Below are positions 30,111 through 38,380 of a stretch of 38,380 nt of DNA, in pieces. The stretch comes from an uncultured Gammaproteobacteria bacterium. Its GTDB lineage: Bacteria; Cyanobacteriota; Vampirovibrionia; Gastranaerophilales; CAZEDP01. Position 1 is the stretch's first letter; each line of letters starts with the position of its first letter. The stretch covers positions 1 through 38,380 of the forward strand of contig CAZEDP010000002.1 in assembly GCA_964511035.1 (NCBI GenBank), written 5' to 3'. A program made the translations under genes and the position numbers. The notes beneath the pieces were generated by a model. That model ran no database searches and was not told where the DNA came from. It saw only the letters and a list, made by a program, of their open reading frames with translations.

Positions 30111-31556
30111 ATGACTGATATACGCGTTCGAATTGCACCTAGTCCGACAGGTTTTTTGCATGTCGGAACGGCAAGAACGGCTCTTTTTAACTATCTTTTT
30201 GCAAAAAAAAATAACGGCAAGTTTATCTTAAGAATTGAAGATACAGACCTCGACCGCTCTGATGAGCAGTACACAAAAAATATTTTTGACAGTCTTAAAG
30301 CAATGGGGCTGAATTGGGATGAAGGACCGGATGTCGGCGGTTCGTACGCTCCTTATAAACAATCAGAAAGGCTTGATATCTATAAAAAATATTGTGAAAA
30401 ACTTATAGAAAGCGGTCATGCCTACTACTGCTGGTGCACTCAGGAAGAACTGGCGACAGAAAAAGAAGCAGTGTTAGCCGAAAAGAAACAGTATGTTTAT
30501 TCGCAAAGATGCAAAAATCTCTCCCCCGAAATAATTGAACAATACAAAAAAGAAGGCAGAAAACCTACAGTAAGGTTTTGCATGCCTGTCAGAAACCTCG
30601 AATTTGATGACATAGTGAGAGGAAAGGTTTCTTTTGACACAGGCTTAACAGGGGATTTCGTCATAATGAAATCAAACGGCATACCGACGTATAACTTTGC
30701 CGTTGTTGTCGATGATATTGAAATGAGAATTTCTCATGTTATCCGAGGGGAAGACCATATATCAAACACACCCAGACAGATTGTTCTTTATGAAGCCCTT
30801 GGAGCTAATGTTCCGCAGTTTGCGCATGTCGGCATGATTCTTGCGCCGGACAGGACAAAGCTTTCTAAAAGACACGGGGCAACTGCCGTGAGTGAATTTA
30901 TGGAACAGGGATATATGCCGGAAGCGTTTGTGAATTTCCTTGCTCTTTTAGGCTGGGCACCTGAAAATAATGCCGAAATAATGAATTTGAATGAATTAAT
31001 CGAAGCTTTTTCGCTTGAGCGGATTTCTCCAAGCCCTGCCATATTTGAGTTTGACAAATTAAACTGGATGAACGGGCATTATATACGAGAGATTCCGATT
31101 GAAGAAATAACTGACAGGGCAAAAAGTTATTTGCAAGATTATAATCTTGCCGAGTATTCCGAAGAAAATCTTCAAATGCTTGTCGCCGCTGTTAGAGAGC
31201 CGTTAACAAAATTGAACGAAATAGCTAATTCTGTGGGCTACTTTTTCGGTGACAAAGTTGAAATTTCTGATGAAATTAAAGAAAAAGTACTTGTTAAGGA
31301 AGAATCTCAAAGAGTGCTGAGTGATTTTTCGGAGTTTTTGAAAACAATTAATTATGAAAATATTGATGAAATTCATCAGAAGCTTGAGGAATTCAGGCAG
31401 TCATACACTGACCTGAAACCTAAGCAGGTCATGTGGGCGGTTAGAGGAGCATTGACAGGACTGACCAAGGGCGCAGACCTTGCAAAGATTATTTATCTTT
31501 TGGGAAAAGACAGAGTTGCGCTGAGGGTTGAAGAAGCCCAAAAAATTCATGCTTAA
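30111..31556 (+). CDS. gltX: glutamate--tRNA ligase
   Basis: RIAPSPTGFLHVGTARTALFNY (HIGH region), KLSKRHG (KMSKS), DDIEMRISHVIRGEDH. ATG 30111 follows a GAGGA RBS. Confidence 0.95.
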   Translation: MTDIRVRIAPSPTGFLHVGTARTALFNYLFAKKNNGKFILRIEDTDLDRSDEQYTKNIFDSLKAMGLNWDEGPDVGGSYAPYKQSERLDIYKKYCEKLIESGHAYYCWCTQEELATEKEAVLAEKKQYVYSQRCKNLSPEIIEQYKKEGRKPTVRFCMPVRNLEFDDIVRGKVSFDTGLTGDFVIMKSNGIPTYNFAVVVDDIEMRISHVIRGEDHISNTPRQIVLYEALGANVPQFAHVGMILAPDRTKLSKRHGATAVSEFMEQGYMPEAFVNFLALLGWAPENNAEIMNLNELIEAFSLERISPSPAIFEFDKLNWMNGHYIREIPIEEITDRAKSYLQDYNLAEYSEENLQMLVAAVREPLTKLNEIANSVGYFFGDKVEISDEIKEKVLVKEESQRVLSDFSEFLKTINYENIDEIHQKLEEFRQSYTDLKPKQVMWAVRGALTGLTKGADLAKIIYLLGKDRVALRVEEAQKIHA

Positions 31557-31614
31557 TTAAATGATGAAAAACTGATAAATTTATATAAGATAAGTTTATT
31601 TGAAACGGAAAATT

Positions 31615-33012
31615 ATGAAACTCTACAACACATTAACGGGACAACTTGAAAAATTCGAGCCTCTGAACGGCAACAAAGTAACAATGTACGTTTGCGGTCC
31701 TACGGTTTACGATTATCCGCATTTGGGACACGCAAGATGTTATATTACGTGGGATACAGTTGTAAGGTACTTGAGATACAAGGGTTATAAAGTTAAATAT
31801 GTACGCAATATAACTGATGTTGACGATAAGATAATAAAAAAAGCTAAAGAAACCAATAGCACCCCCAGCGATATAGCTCAAAAATATTATGAAGAGTTTC
31901 AAAATTCAATGAAAGCATTAAATGTTGCGGAGCCTGATAAAGAGCCAAAGGCAACCGAGAATATTCAGGAGATGATAAATATAGCTCAAGCCTTGATTGA
32001 TAAGGGCTATGCTTATGAAGTAGATGGCGATGTTTATTTCAGGGTGAAAAAATACAATAAATACGGCGAGTTAGGTAAAAAGAACGTAGAAGACCTCGAA
32101 GCCGGCTCAAGAGTGGGAGTTTCTGAGCAAAAAGAAAATCCTCTTGATTTTGCACTCTGGAAAAGCGTTAAAAACGACAGTGAAATATCTTGGGACAGCC
32201 CTTGGGGTAAAGGTAGACCCGGGTGGCATATAGAATGCTCGGCGATGTCAGAAAAATATCTCGGCAAAACAATAGACATCCACGCCGGCGGACTGGATTT
32301 GGTATTTCCTCACCACGAAAACGAAAGAGCCCAGAGCGAATGTGCATTCGGGCATACTTTTGTCAAATACTGGCTTCATAACGGTTTTGTATTGACTAAC
32401 AAAGAAAAAATGTCAAAATCACTCGGGAATTTTGTAACCATTGATAAATTGCTGGAAAAATTTGACGCAAATACGATAAGATTTTTTATTCTGACAAACC
32501 ACTACCGCACTCCGGTTGATTTTAACGAGGAGGGTTTGCTTTCAGCGAAGGCAGGAGTTAGGAATCTTCAAAATGCTGTTAACGTTGGTGCTAAATTTAC
32601 AGACAAACCTGTAACAAATTATGATTATAAACTGGTTGAAGATATTAACAAGTTTGAAGAAGCAATGGATGAGGATTTTAATACATCCGAAGCTCTGGCT
32701 TATTTATTCTCACTTGTAAAAAGAATTCATAAGTCCGTAGAAGAAAATAATCAAGAGAAATGCGGAATTTATTTATTGGCTTTATTAAAGCTTTCATCAG
32801 TTCTCGGGTTTAACTTTGAGAATGTTTCATCAAACAATGAAAATTTGAAAATTCCCGTTGAAGCAATCGAGAAAAAAATCGAAGAGCGCAGAATCGCAAA
32901 ACAAAACAAAGACTGGGCAACTGCTGATAAAATCCGCGATGAACTAAAAAAGGATGGCATTATTCTTAAAGATGAAAAAGACGGAACAACAAGCTGGGAA
33001 GTCATTGACTGA
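31615..33012 (+). CDS. cysS: cysteine--tRNA ligase
   Basis: MYVCGPTVYDYPHLGHAR (HIGH), GWHIECSAM, HHENE, KMSKSLGNF. I prefer ATG 31615 (MKLYNTLTG). Confidence 0.95.
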   Translation: MKLYNTLTGQLEKFEPLNGNKVTMYVCGPTVYDYPHLGHARCYITWDTVVRYLRYKGYKVKYVRNITDVDDKIIKKAKETNSTPSDIAQKYYEEFQNSMKALNVAEPDKEPKATENIQEMINIAQALIDKGYAYEVDGDVYFRVKKYNKYGELGKKNVEDLEAGSRVGVSEQKENPLDFALWKSVKNDSEISWDSPWGKGRPGWHIECSAMSEKYLGKTIDIHAGGLDLVFPHHENERAQSECAFGHTFVKYWLHNGFVLTNKEKMSKSLGNFVTIDKLLEKFDANTIRFFILTNHYRTPVDFNEEGLLSAKAGVRNLQNAVNVGAKFTDKPVTNYDYKLVEDINKFEEAMDEDFNTSEALAYLFSLVKRIHKSVEENNQEKCGIYLLALLKLSSVLGFNFENVSSNNENLKIPVEAIEKKIEERRIAKQNKDWATADKIRDELKKDGIILKDEKDGTTSWEVID

Positions 33013-33406
33013 AAATCGTGATTTTTCGATAAGAGCTTATGCGCATCTTGGTGATGCCGTTTATGAGGTTTTCGTACGCGAAAAGGCTATAATGCTTACT
33101 TCCAATGCTCAAAAACTGCATAAGATAACTGTTTCTTTTGTAAATGCCGAGTTTCAAACTGAAATACTAGCCGAAATTGAGAAAAAAGAAGGACTCTTAA
33201 ATGAAGACGAAACGGATATCATAAGAAGAGCAAGGAATTTGACTGTTACGACCGCCCGACGAACCAACCAAAAAATCCACAGGCAGAGCACTGCATTTGA
33301 AGCATTGATAGGGTATCTATATTTGAATGATAAGCTTAGACTCTCAGCTGTTTTTGAAATTCTGAGCGGAATAATTGAAGAAAATACACAAAAACAAATG
33401 TTTTAA
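32954..33406 (+). CDS. mrnC: Mini-ribonuclease 3
   Basis: AYAHLGDAVYEVFVRE and STAFEALIGYLYL motifs, in the conserved position after cysS. The true start is uncertain: ATG 32954 or 32972, or TTG 33005 overlapping the cysS stop. Confidence 0.8.
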   Translation: MALFLKMKKTEQQAGKSLTENRDFSIRAYAHLGDAVYEVFVREKAIMLTSNAQKLHKITVSFVNAEFQTEILAEIEKKEGLLNEDETDIIRRARNLTVTTARRTNQKIHRQSTAFEALIGYLYLNDKLRLSAVFEILSGIIEENTQKQMF

Positions 33407-33506
33407 TCTTGATTTTTGTAACGAATTACCGTTATTTGCGAAAAACCTTCCCTGAAAATGTTTTTAAATTAATAGATAGCGTTATCATTTACGGGAAGGC
33501 ACAAGT

Positions 33507-34481
33507 GTGGAAGAAGCAATAAGACAGGTTAATCCTTTCTCTTCTCAAATACCGTTTAAGCAAATCAGCCCGGAATTAGAGAAAAAACCAAAAACTGAAA
33601 CTATTGAAAGCAGGATTTGTAATAATTACAAATCTTTTAACGATGTTAAAAATCAAATAATCAATGATATAAATAAGCTGGACTATTTTATCAGCAACAA
33701 TAAAGAAAATGCCCAAACAGCATTTTCTGCACTGAGCCCTGTTATCCCCCTAAGAAGAATTTCATCCGTGCCCGACAATATTGAAAATGGGGATTATGCA
33801 AGGGCGGCAGGATTAGTAGCTGTTGCGGGAGTTATGCTTCCCGAAGATGTCAGAGATATGAAAGACGCTTGGAATCAGATTGTACATAAGAAACTGCCAA
33901 ACTATGACTACAAGAATTCTCAAGCTCCGTTCAGGTTTATTAGAGGAACTTATGCAGAAGATCCCGTAAACAAACTCGGCAAATACGGCTATTATGCTCA
34001 CGAATTCGATAAATCTTTTGCCGAAACAAATTTTGGTAAAAAATTAAAACAATTGCTTAATGTCAGGCTTGGAAAACCTGAATATACAGGAAGAACTGTT
34101 CCGATAATTATTAATGATGATGGTGAACCTCTTAAAGTAATGGCAAAAGTTTATGCAGAAAAACTTAAAGGTCCGTTTATAGGGAAATTACTTTATAGAG
34201 CTATGCAAAGAACAACTGTCATCGGTTCTGTAATATTATCAGCACTGTGGATACCTTCCATAATAAAATCATTTTATAAACCGGAAGATTTAAACGATAA
34301 ATTTGTTAATGCGGGAAAGCAAACAATAAAAGCATCCGTAAATGTTATCTCTATCTTAGCCGGTATTGGAATTTTGGGCGCTCTGGGAGCAAAAAAAGGA
34401 CCGGCAGGCTCAGTAATAGGTATGGGAATTGGCGCTGTTACAGGTTCATATATATCTGACAAAATTAATAAAACTATATAG
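33507..34481 (+). CDS. hypothetical membrane protein with C-terminal glycine zipper
   Basis: GTG start after a GGGAAGG RBS. C-terminus VISILAGIGILGALGAKKGPAGSVIGMGIGAVTGSY. Confidence 0.5.
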   Translation: MEEAIRQVNPFSSQIPFKQISPELEKKPKTETIESRICNNYKSFNDVKNQIINDINKLDYFISNNKENAQTAFSALSPVIPLRRISSVPDNIENGDYARAAGLVAVAGVMLPEDVRDMKDAWNQIVHKKLPNYDYKNSQAPFRFIRGTYAEDPVNKLGKYGYYAHEFDKSFAETNFGKKLKQLLNVRLGKPEYTGRTVPIIINDDGEPLKVMAKVYAEKLKGPFIGKLLYRAMQRTTVIGSVILSALWIPSIIKSFYKPEDLNDKFVNAGKQTIKASVNVISILAGIGILGALGAKKGPAGSVIGMGIGAVTGSYISDKINKTI

Positions 34482-34511
34482 ATTAATTTATCAAATCTGC
34501 ATATATGGAGG

Positions 34512-34856
34512 TTAAAGGATTATATTTCCACCTATGCCGATTATTTGAGGTAACTCTTCTTTGAGCCAATCTTTGATACCATTACCAACTGAAGAGTCTT
34601 GTGCAATTTCTTTCAAAGTAGCTTTTATGCGGGGATGATTAGGATCAACATCGTGAGCAAGACCTTGCAATTTGTCTAATAGATTTCTGTCACCTTCATT
34701 TTTGCATAATAGCCATAATGTTCTGATGAAGCTATCTTCGCGCTTTTTAAACGACACTCTGTCCTGCAATTCATTCCTATGCAATGATAGAGCATTATTT
34801 TTATTATTAATTCTTCGTTCCTGATGAAACAGCGGGACTTTGCCTACAACTAACAT
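34512..34856 (-). CDS. hypothetical protein
   Basis: 114-aa ORF; no motif recognised. Confidence 0.4.
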   Translation of the reverse strand: MLVVGKVPLFHQERRINNKNNALSLHRNELQDRVSFKKREDSFIRTLWLLCKNEGDRNLLDKLQGLAHDVDPNHPRIKATLKEIAQDSSVGNGIKDWLKEELPQIIGIGGNIIL

Positions 34857-34930
34857 TAGTCTAACTCTCTTTTTATTTTCTGATTATATAAAACCAGAAA
34901 ATAAAAAAAATTGCTTTATTTTAAAAAAAA

Positions 34931-35713
34931 TTATGAATTTTCTTTAAGTTCGCTCTTAGCTCTGTTCCACAGTCCGTCAAGCTCGTCGATTGAGAACTCG
35001 CTGAGTTCTTTATCAGCTAATGATTCCATCAGCTGAAAGCGCATCTTGAACTTTCGATTTGCTTTTATAAGAGCTGTTTCTGCATCAATTTTATGCCAAC
35101 GGGCAATGTTTACTATACTAAATAAAATATCGCCCAATTCTTCTTCCATTTGATCTTTATTTTCAGCTTCAACCGCAGAATAGAATTCCTTAACTTCTGA
35201 CAAAAAACAATCTTTCAAGGAATCTTCACTCGGCCATTCAAAACCAACTTTAACAGCTTTTTTACTCAACTGTTGAGCGCTCATAAGCGCAGGTTGAGAT
35301 TTTACCACGCCCGATAGAGCAGAGTCTCTCTCGGGCTTTTCTTTTTTCTTGATTTTGTCCCAGTTATCTATTACTTCATCCGAATCTTTTACCGTTATGT
35401 CGCCGAAAACATGCGGATGACGTCTGATTAGCTTTTCTCCGATAGTTTTCGAAATATCATCTATACTATATTGCCCTGCTTCTTCAGCCATTTGAGCATG
35501 CAAAAGAACCTGTAAAAGCAAATCACCAAGCTCTTCTTTTAGTTCTTCCGGATTATTGCTGTCAATAGCATCAATAGTTTCATAAGTCTCTTCAAGTAAA
35601 TTCCTTTTTATTGACTTATGATTTTGCTCCCTATCCCAAGGACACCCTTCGGGAGAGCGTAATTTTGCAATTATTTCTACAAGTTTTTTGAAATTTTCAA
35701 TGCTGTCAGGCAT
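34931..35713 (-). CDS. mazG: nucleoside triphosphate pyrophosphohydrolase MazG
   Basis: GCPWDREQNHKSIKRNLLEETYE, ELGDLLLQVLLHAQ, and a second EELGDILFSIVNIARW repeat. Confidence 0.9.
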   Translation of the reverse strand: MPDSIENFKKLVEIIAKLRSPEGCPWDREQNHKSIKRNLLEETYETIDAIDSNNPEELKEELGDLLLQVLLHAQMAEEAGQYSIDDISKTIGEKLIRRHPHVFGDITVKDSDEVIDNWDKIKKKEKPERDSALSGVVKSQPALMSAQQLSKKAVKVGFEWPSEDSLKDCFLSEVKEFYSAVEAENKDQMEEELGDILFSIVNIARWHKIDAETALIKANRKFKMRFQLMESLADKELSEFSIDELDGLWNRAKSELKENS

Positions 35714-35897
35714 AGTAGCTTAAAATTGGCGGTTGTTCTTCAAAAAGATGAGGCTCTTTTGACTGCATAGGTTGACATAATAACTGTTCTTCGGTTGTAA
35801 CAATATTTCTTTGATTACCCCTAAATGTTAAAGGCTGACAGTTTAATGATCTGTAAAAATTCAATGCTGACAATGGTTCTGATCCCTTCATTATCAT
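35706..35897 (-). CDS. small hypothetical ORF (doubtful)
   Basis: 63-aa ORF overlapping the mazG start by 8 nt; no motif recognised. Confidence 0.2.
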   Translation of the reverse strand: MIMKGSEPLSALNFYRSLNCQPLTFRGNQRNIVTTEEQLLCQPMQSKEPHLFEEQPPILSYYA

Positions 35898-35992
35898 CTT
35901 CCCTCTTCCCTAATTTACCTCATATTACATATTTATTATATTTTAAAAACCTAAACAGGTGTCAATTTGTAAAGAGATTTGTAACATAATTT

Positions 35993-37234
35993 TTAAAACA
36001 GAATCAGATGCTTCTCCGAAGCAAGGAGCGATAGTATCGAATTCTTTTTCAGGTAGTTATTAGCACAATCCATTATTTGCTCTTTTGTAACAGCATTAAT
36101 AAGCTCAGGGATTTTTAAGTCAAAATCAGCTCCCAATCCCATTACATCAAAGTATCCCAAATAGTGGGCTTCTCCCGAATTTGTTTCATGGAAAAATGCC
36201 CGCTTACCAAGGTAGTTTTCTTTTGCGTTTTCAAGTTCTTTATCTGAAACATATTCTCTGCACATCTTCTCTATTTCTATATTAAAACCTTCAACAGCGG
36301 TTTTTATGTTCTCGGGAGAAGTACCTATGTAAATCGAAAATAATCCGGAATGCTTGAATGGCTCATAAGAACTTCTAACATGGTATGCCAGACCTTTTTT
36401 ATCCCTGAGTTCAAGAAAAAGTCTTGAACTCAAACCGCTTGAGCCCAGTATCATGTTAAGCAATACCATGGGCGGAAAATCTTTGTCAGATACTGTCGGT
36501 GCAGTCCAACCCTGAACGACTTGCGCCTGAGCTGCATCTTCCTTAGTTATTTTCAAAATTTTATTTTCAGGTATAACAATACTTTCCGCTTCTGTGTTTT
36601 TGGGTGAATTAGCTGAAACAGCCCTCAGTTTTTCATTAAAAGCAAGTTTTACCCGATTTTCATCAAAATCACCGACTGCTGATATAATTATTGAATCGGC
36701 TGTTATTGAGTTTGTATAGCAGGATTTTACTTCATTAAGGCTTATTTTGTCTATATCCTCAACTATCCTTGTCAGGGTATTGCCGTAAGGATGGTTTACA
36801 AAAACGTTCCGCACAAGGTTATCGAATGCTTTAGTTTTAGGCGAATCAAGTTCCATATCAATTTCGCCCCTAAATTTAATCTTTTCCTTTTCAAACTCGT
36901 TAAAAGTCGAATTCAAAACTATATCAGAGAGAATATCCAAAGCTTTATCGAAATCTTCATTGAGAAACAGGCATTTGATTTTGGTGTAATCCTGTTTAAT
37001 GTCTATATTCATCTCAATGCCGTTGATATCCAGTTCGGCCGCAAGCTCGGAAGCATCACGATTTGTCGTCCCCTGCATAAGAAGTCTGCTCATTAGCCCT
37101 GCCGTTCCGGCTTTGTCCTCTCTGCATGTGCGGGATTTTATAAAAAGATTGACTGCCGTACGGGGAGTATTGGGGTTTTCTTTTGTTATCAGCCTTATTC
37201 CGTTATCTAAAGATGTTATATTTATTGATTTCAT
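35993..37234 (-). CDS. M16-family (pitrilysin-like) peptidase subunit, probably non-catalytic
   Basis: Typical M16 N-terminus LDNGIRLITKENPNTPRTAVNLFI, but GTAGLMSRLLMQGT stands where HxxEH is expected. Confidence 0.8.
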   Translation of the reverse strand: MKSINITSLDNGIRLITKENPNTPRTAVNLFIKSRTCREDKAGTAGLMSRLLMQGTTNRDASELAAELDINGIEMNIDIKQDYTKIKCLFLNEDFDKALDILSDIVLNSTFNEFEKEKIKFRGEIDMELDSPKTKAFDNLVRNVFVNHPYGNTLTRIVEDIDKISLNEVKSCYTNSITADSIIISAVGDFDENRVKLAFNEKLRAVSANSPKNTEAESIVIPENKILKITKEDAAQAQVVQGWTAPTVSDKDFPPMVLLNMILGSSGLSSRLFLELRDKKGLAYHVRSSYEPFKHSGLFSIYIGTSPENIKTAVEGFNIEIEKMCREYVSDKELENAKENYLGKRAFFHETNSGEAHYLGYFDVMGLGADFDLKIPELINAVTKEQIMDCANNYLKKNSILSLLASEKHLILF

Positions 37235-37252
37235 TTATTTTTCCTTTCAGCC

Positions 37253-38380
37253 TTAGTTGGGAATTAAAATCGATATAGATGCTTTATTCAAATCCAAATA
37301 TTTCTTTGCACAGGCAAGAATATCGTCTTTTGTAACAGATTCAACGGCGGGCAGGTAATCCGCATAGTATTTTATGTCTCCGCATACGGTAAAAAATTCG
37401 CCTATTGAATCGCCAATTTCTGAAACTGTTTCGGACTTTTCTGCAAAACGGATTTTTAGCTTTTTTCTTGCTTTTATAAATTCCTGTTCTGTGACTTTTT
37501 CTTGAGAAAGCATAATTATTTCGTTTTTCAATGCTTCAACAGCCTCGTCTTTTTTATCGGGAAGAAAGTTTGACTGTACAAAGAATGTATTTCCTTCTTT
37601 CATTTCATACTGCCCGCTTCCGACTATGTTAAAAATAGGCACAGGCGGCTTCTCTATCAGATTTTGATATAATCTGCTGCTTTTACCTTCGCCTAAAATT
37701 ATGCTGAGCATATCAAGGGCTATTGATTCTTTTAGCTCTGACGCACGAGGTCCGTGAAAACCCATCATCGCAAAACCTGTGTTTATGTTGGCTTTATTTT
37801 CAACAATTCTGGGTGCGATTTGTTCAGATTCATTATCAAATTCCTGAAGCAGGGCTTCGTCTGTATTTTCAAAAACAAAATTTTCTTCAACTGCTTTAAA
37901 GGCTTCCTGCTTGTCAATTCCCCCGACTATTATCGTGATAAAGTTATTCGGGCTGTAGCGTTCCTTATAATAAGCATAAATTGTATCCCTTGGCATCTGT
38001 GCAATTATCTGCTCCGTTCCGATAACGTCTTTTTTATAAGGGTGTGATGTGTACATTATGGAATTGAGGTTGTTATAGGTTTTCGACCACGGCTGATCGT
38101 CACGCATTTTAATTTCTTCAATTACAACATATCTTTCTCGTTTTTCTGAGGGGCTTTCGTTATCATAATCAAATACAGGTCCTATTTCTTCCTGCGGTAT
38201 CAAAGCATTAAGCATCATATCGGCATGAAGCTCTAATGCTTTGTAAAAGTTTTTATTATCTTTGCCCAAAGGCAAAGTTACGTAATAAAAAGTATAATCT
38301 TTCCAAGTAGCGGCATTAACTATTGCACCTTTTCCGTTTTCATCGAACCAGTTTCTAATCCATTCTGTGCACTTCTCAAC
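37253..38380 (-). CDS. M16-family peptidase; N-terminus beyond the right edge
   Basis: The track's M at 38275 is a TTG (Leu). The frame stays open to 38380, reading VEKCTEWIRNWFDENGKGAIVNAATWKDYTFYYVTLPLGKD, which matches the M16 G..NA.T..D.T.Y block. The HxxEH motif would lie outside the window. Confidence 0.8.
   Translation of the reverse strand, partial: VEKCTEWIRNWFDENGKGAIVNAATWKDYTFYYVTLPLGKDNKNFYKALELHADMMLNALIPQEEIGPVFDYDNESPSEKRERYVVIEEIKMRDDQPWSKTYNNLNSIMYTSHPYKKDVIGTEQIIAQMPRDTIYAYYKERYSPNNFITIIVGGIDKQEAFKAVEENFVFENTDEALLQEFDNESEQIAPRIVENKANINTGFAMMGFHGPRASELKESIALDMLSIILGEGKSSRLYQNLIEKPPVPIFNIVGSGQYEMKEGNTFFVQSNFLPDKKDEAVEALKNEIIMLSQEKVTEQEFIKARKKLKIRFAEKSETVSEIGDSIGEFFTVCGDIKYYADYLPAVESVTKDDILACAKKYLDLNKASISILIPN

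Noticed and set aside
30497-33005. Antisense and off-frame ORFs within gltX and cysS (30497-30682, 30788-31122, 31633-31902, 32034-32279, 32769-33005)
   Set aside because: They overlap confidently identified aminoacyl-tRNA synthetase genes and contain no motifs.

Overview
AT-rich bacterial window in three parts.

(1) ~1-13.8 kb is a prophage-like virion and lysis module. It has a scaffold-like protein, an HK97-type major capsid protein, several structural ORFs, a holin candidate and an M15 endolysin. I could not recognise a portal, terminase, integrase or tail-fibre gene. Embedded in it is a 518-aa protein that looks like a packaged polymorphic toxin. Its N-terminus repeats the capsid-binding-type motif of the scaffold C-terminus. 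Its C-terminus resembles a RelE/BrnT/colicin-D-class RNase toxin. Two tandem colicin-D-immunity (ImmD)-like genes follow it directly. A second, orphan ImmD-like pair sits at 1383-2002. Each pair is followed by a ~330-nt GC-rich, ORF-poor element. The two elements share conserved blocks and a sequence-divergent hairpin at the same position, so they are candidates for an unclassified structured RNA or a recombination site.

(2) ~13.9-28.7 kb is a leftward-transcribed island of RTX (Ca-binding GGxGxD repeat) exoproteins, built from two parallel, partly duplicated modules. Both start with the same promoter/leader. Each encodes a membrane-anchored first gene and an effector: a class-3 lipase in one module and an unknown hydrophobic domain in the other. 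The two effectors end in a near-identical RTX + C-terminal module. Each is followed by a conserved spacer with an internal promoter, a membrane or TPR protein, and a glycine-zipper/LysM protein. One of the LysM proteins is a 1687-aa RTX giant containing an almost exact 624-bp tandem duplication. No type I secretion genes are present in the window.

(3) 28.7-38.4 kb holds tRNA-Ser(UGA) and then housekeeping genes: gltX, cysS, mrnC, mazG and an M16 peptidase pair.

All family assignments are motif recognition from memory; no searches were run.
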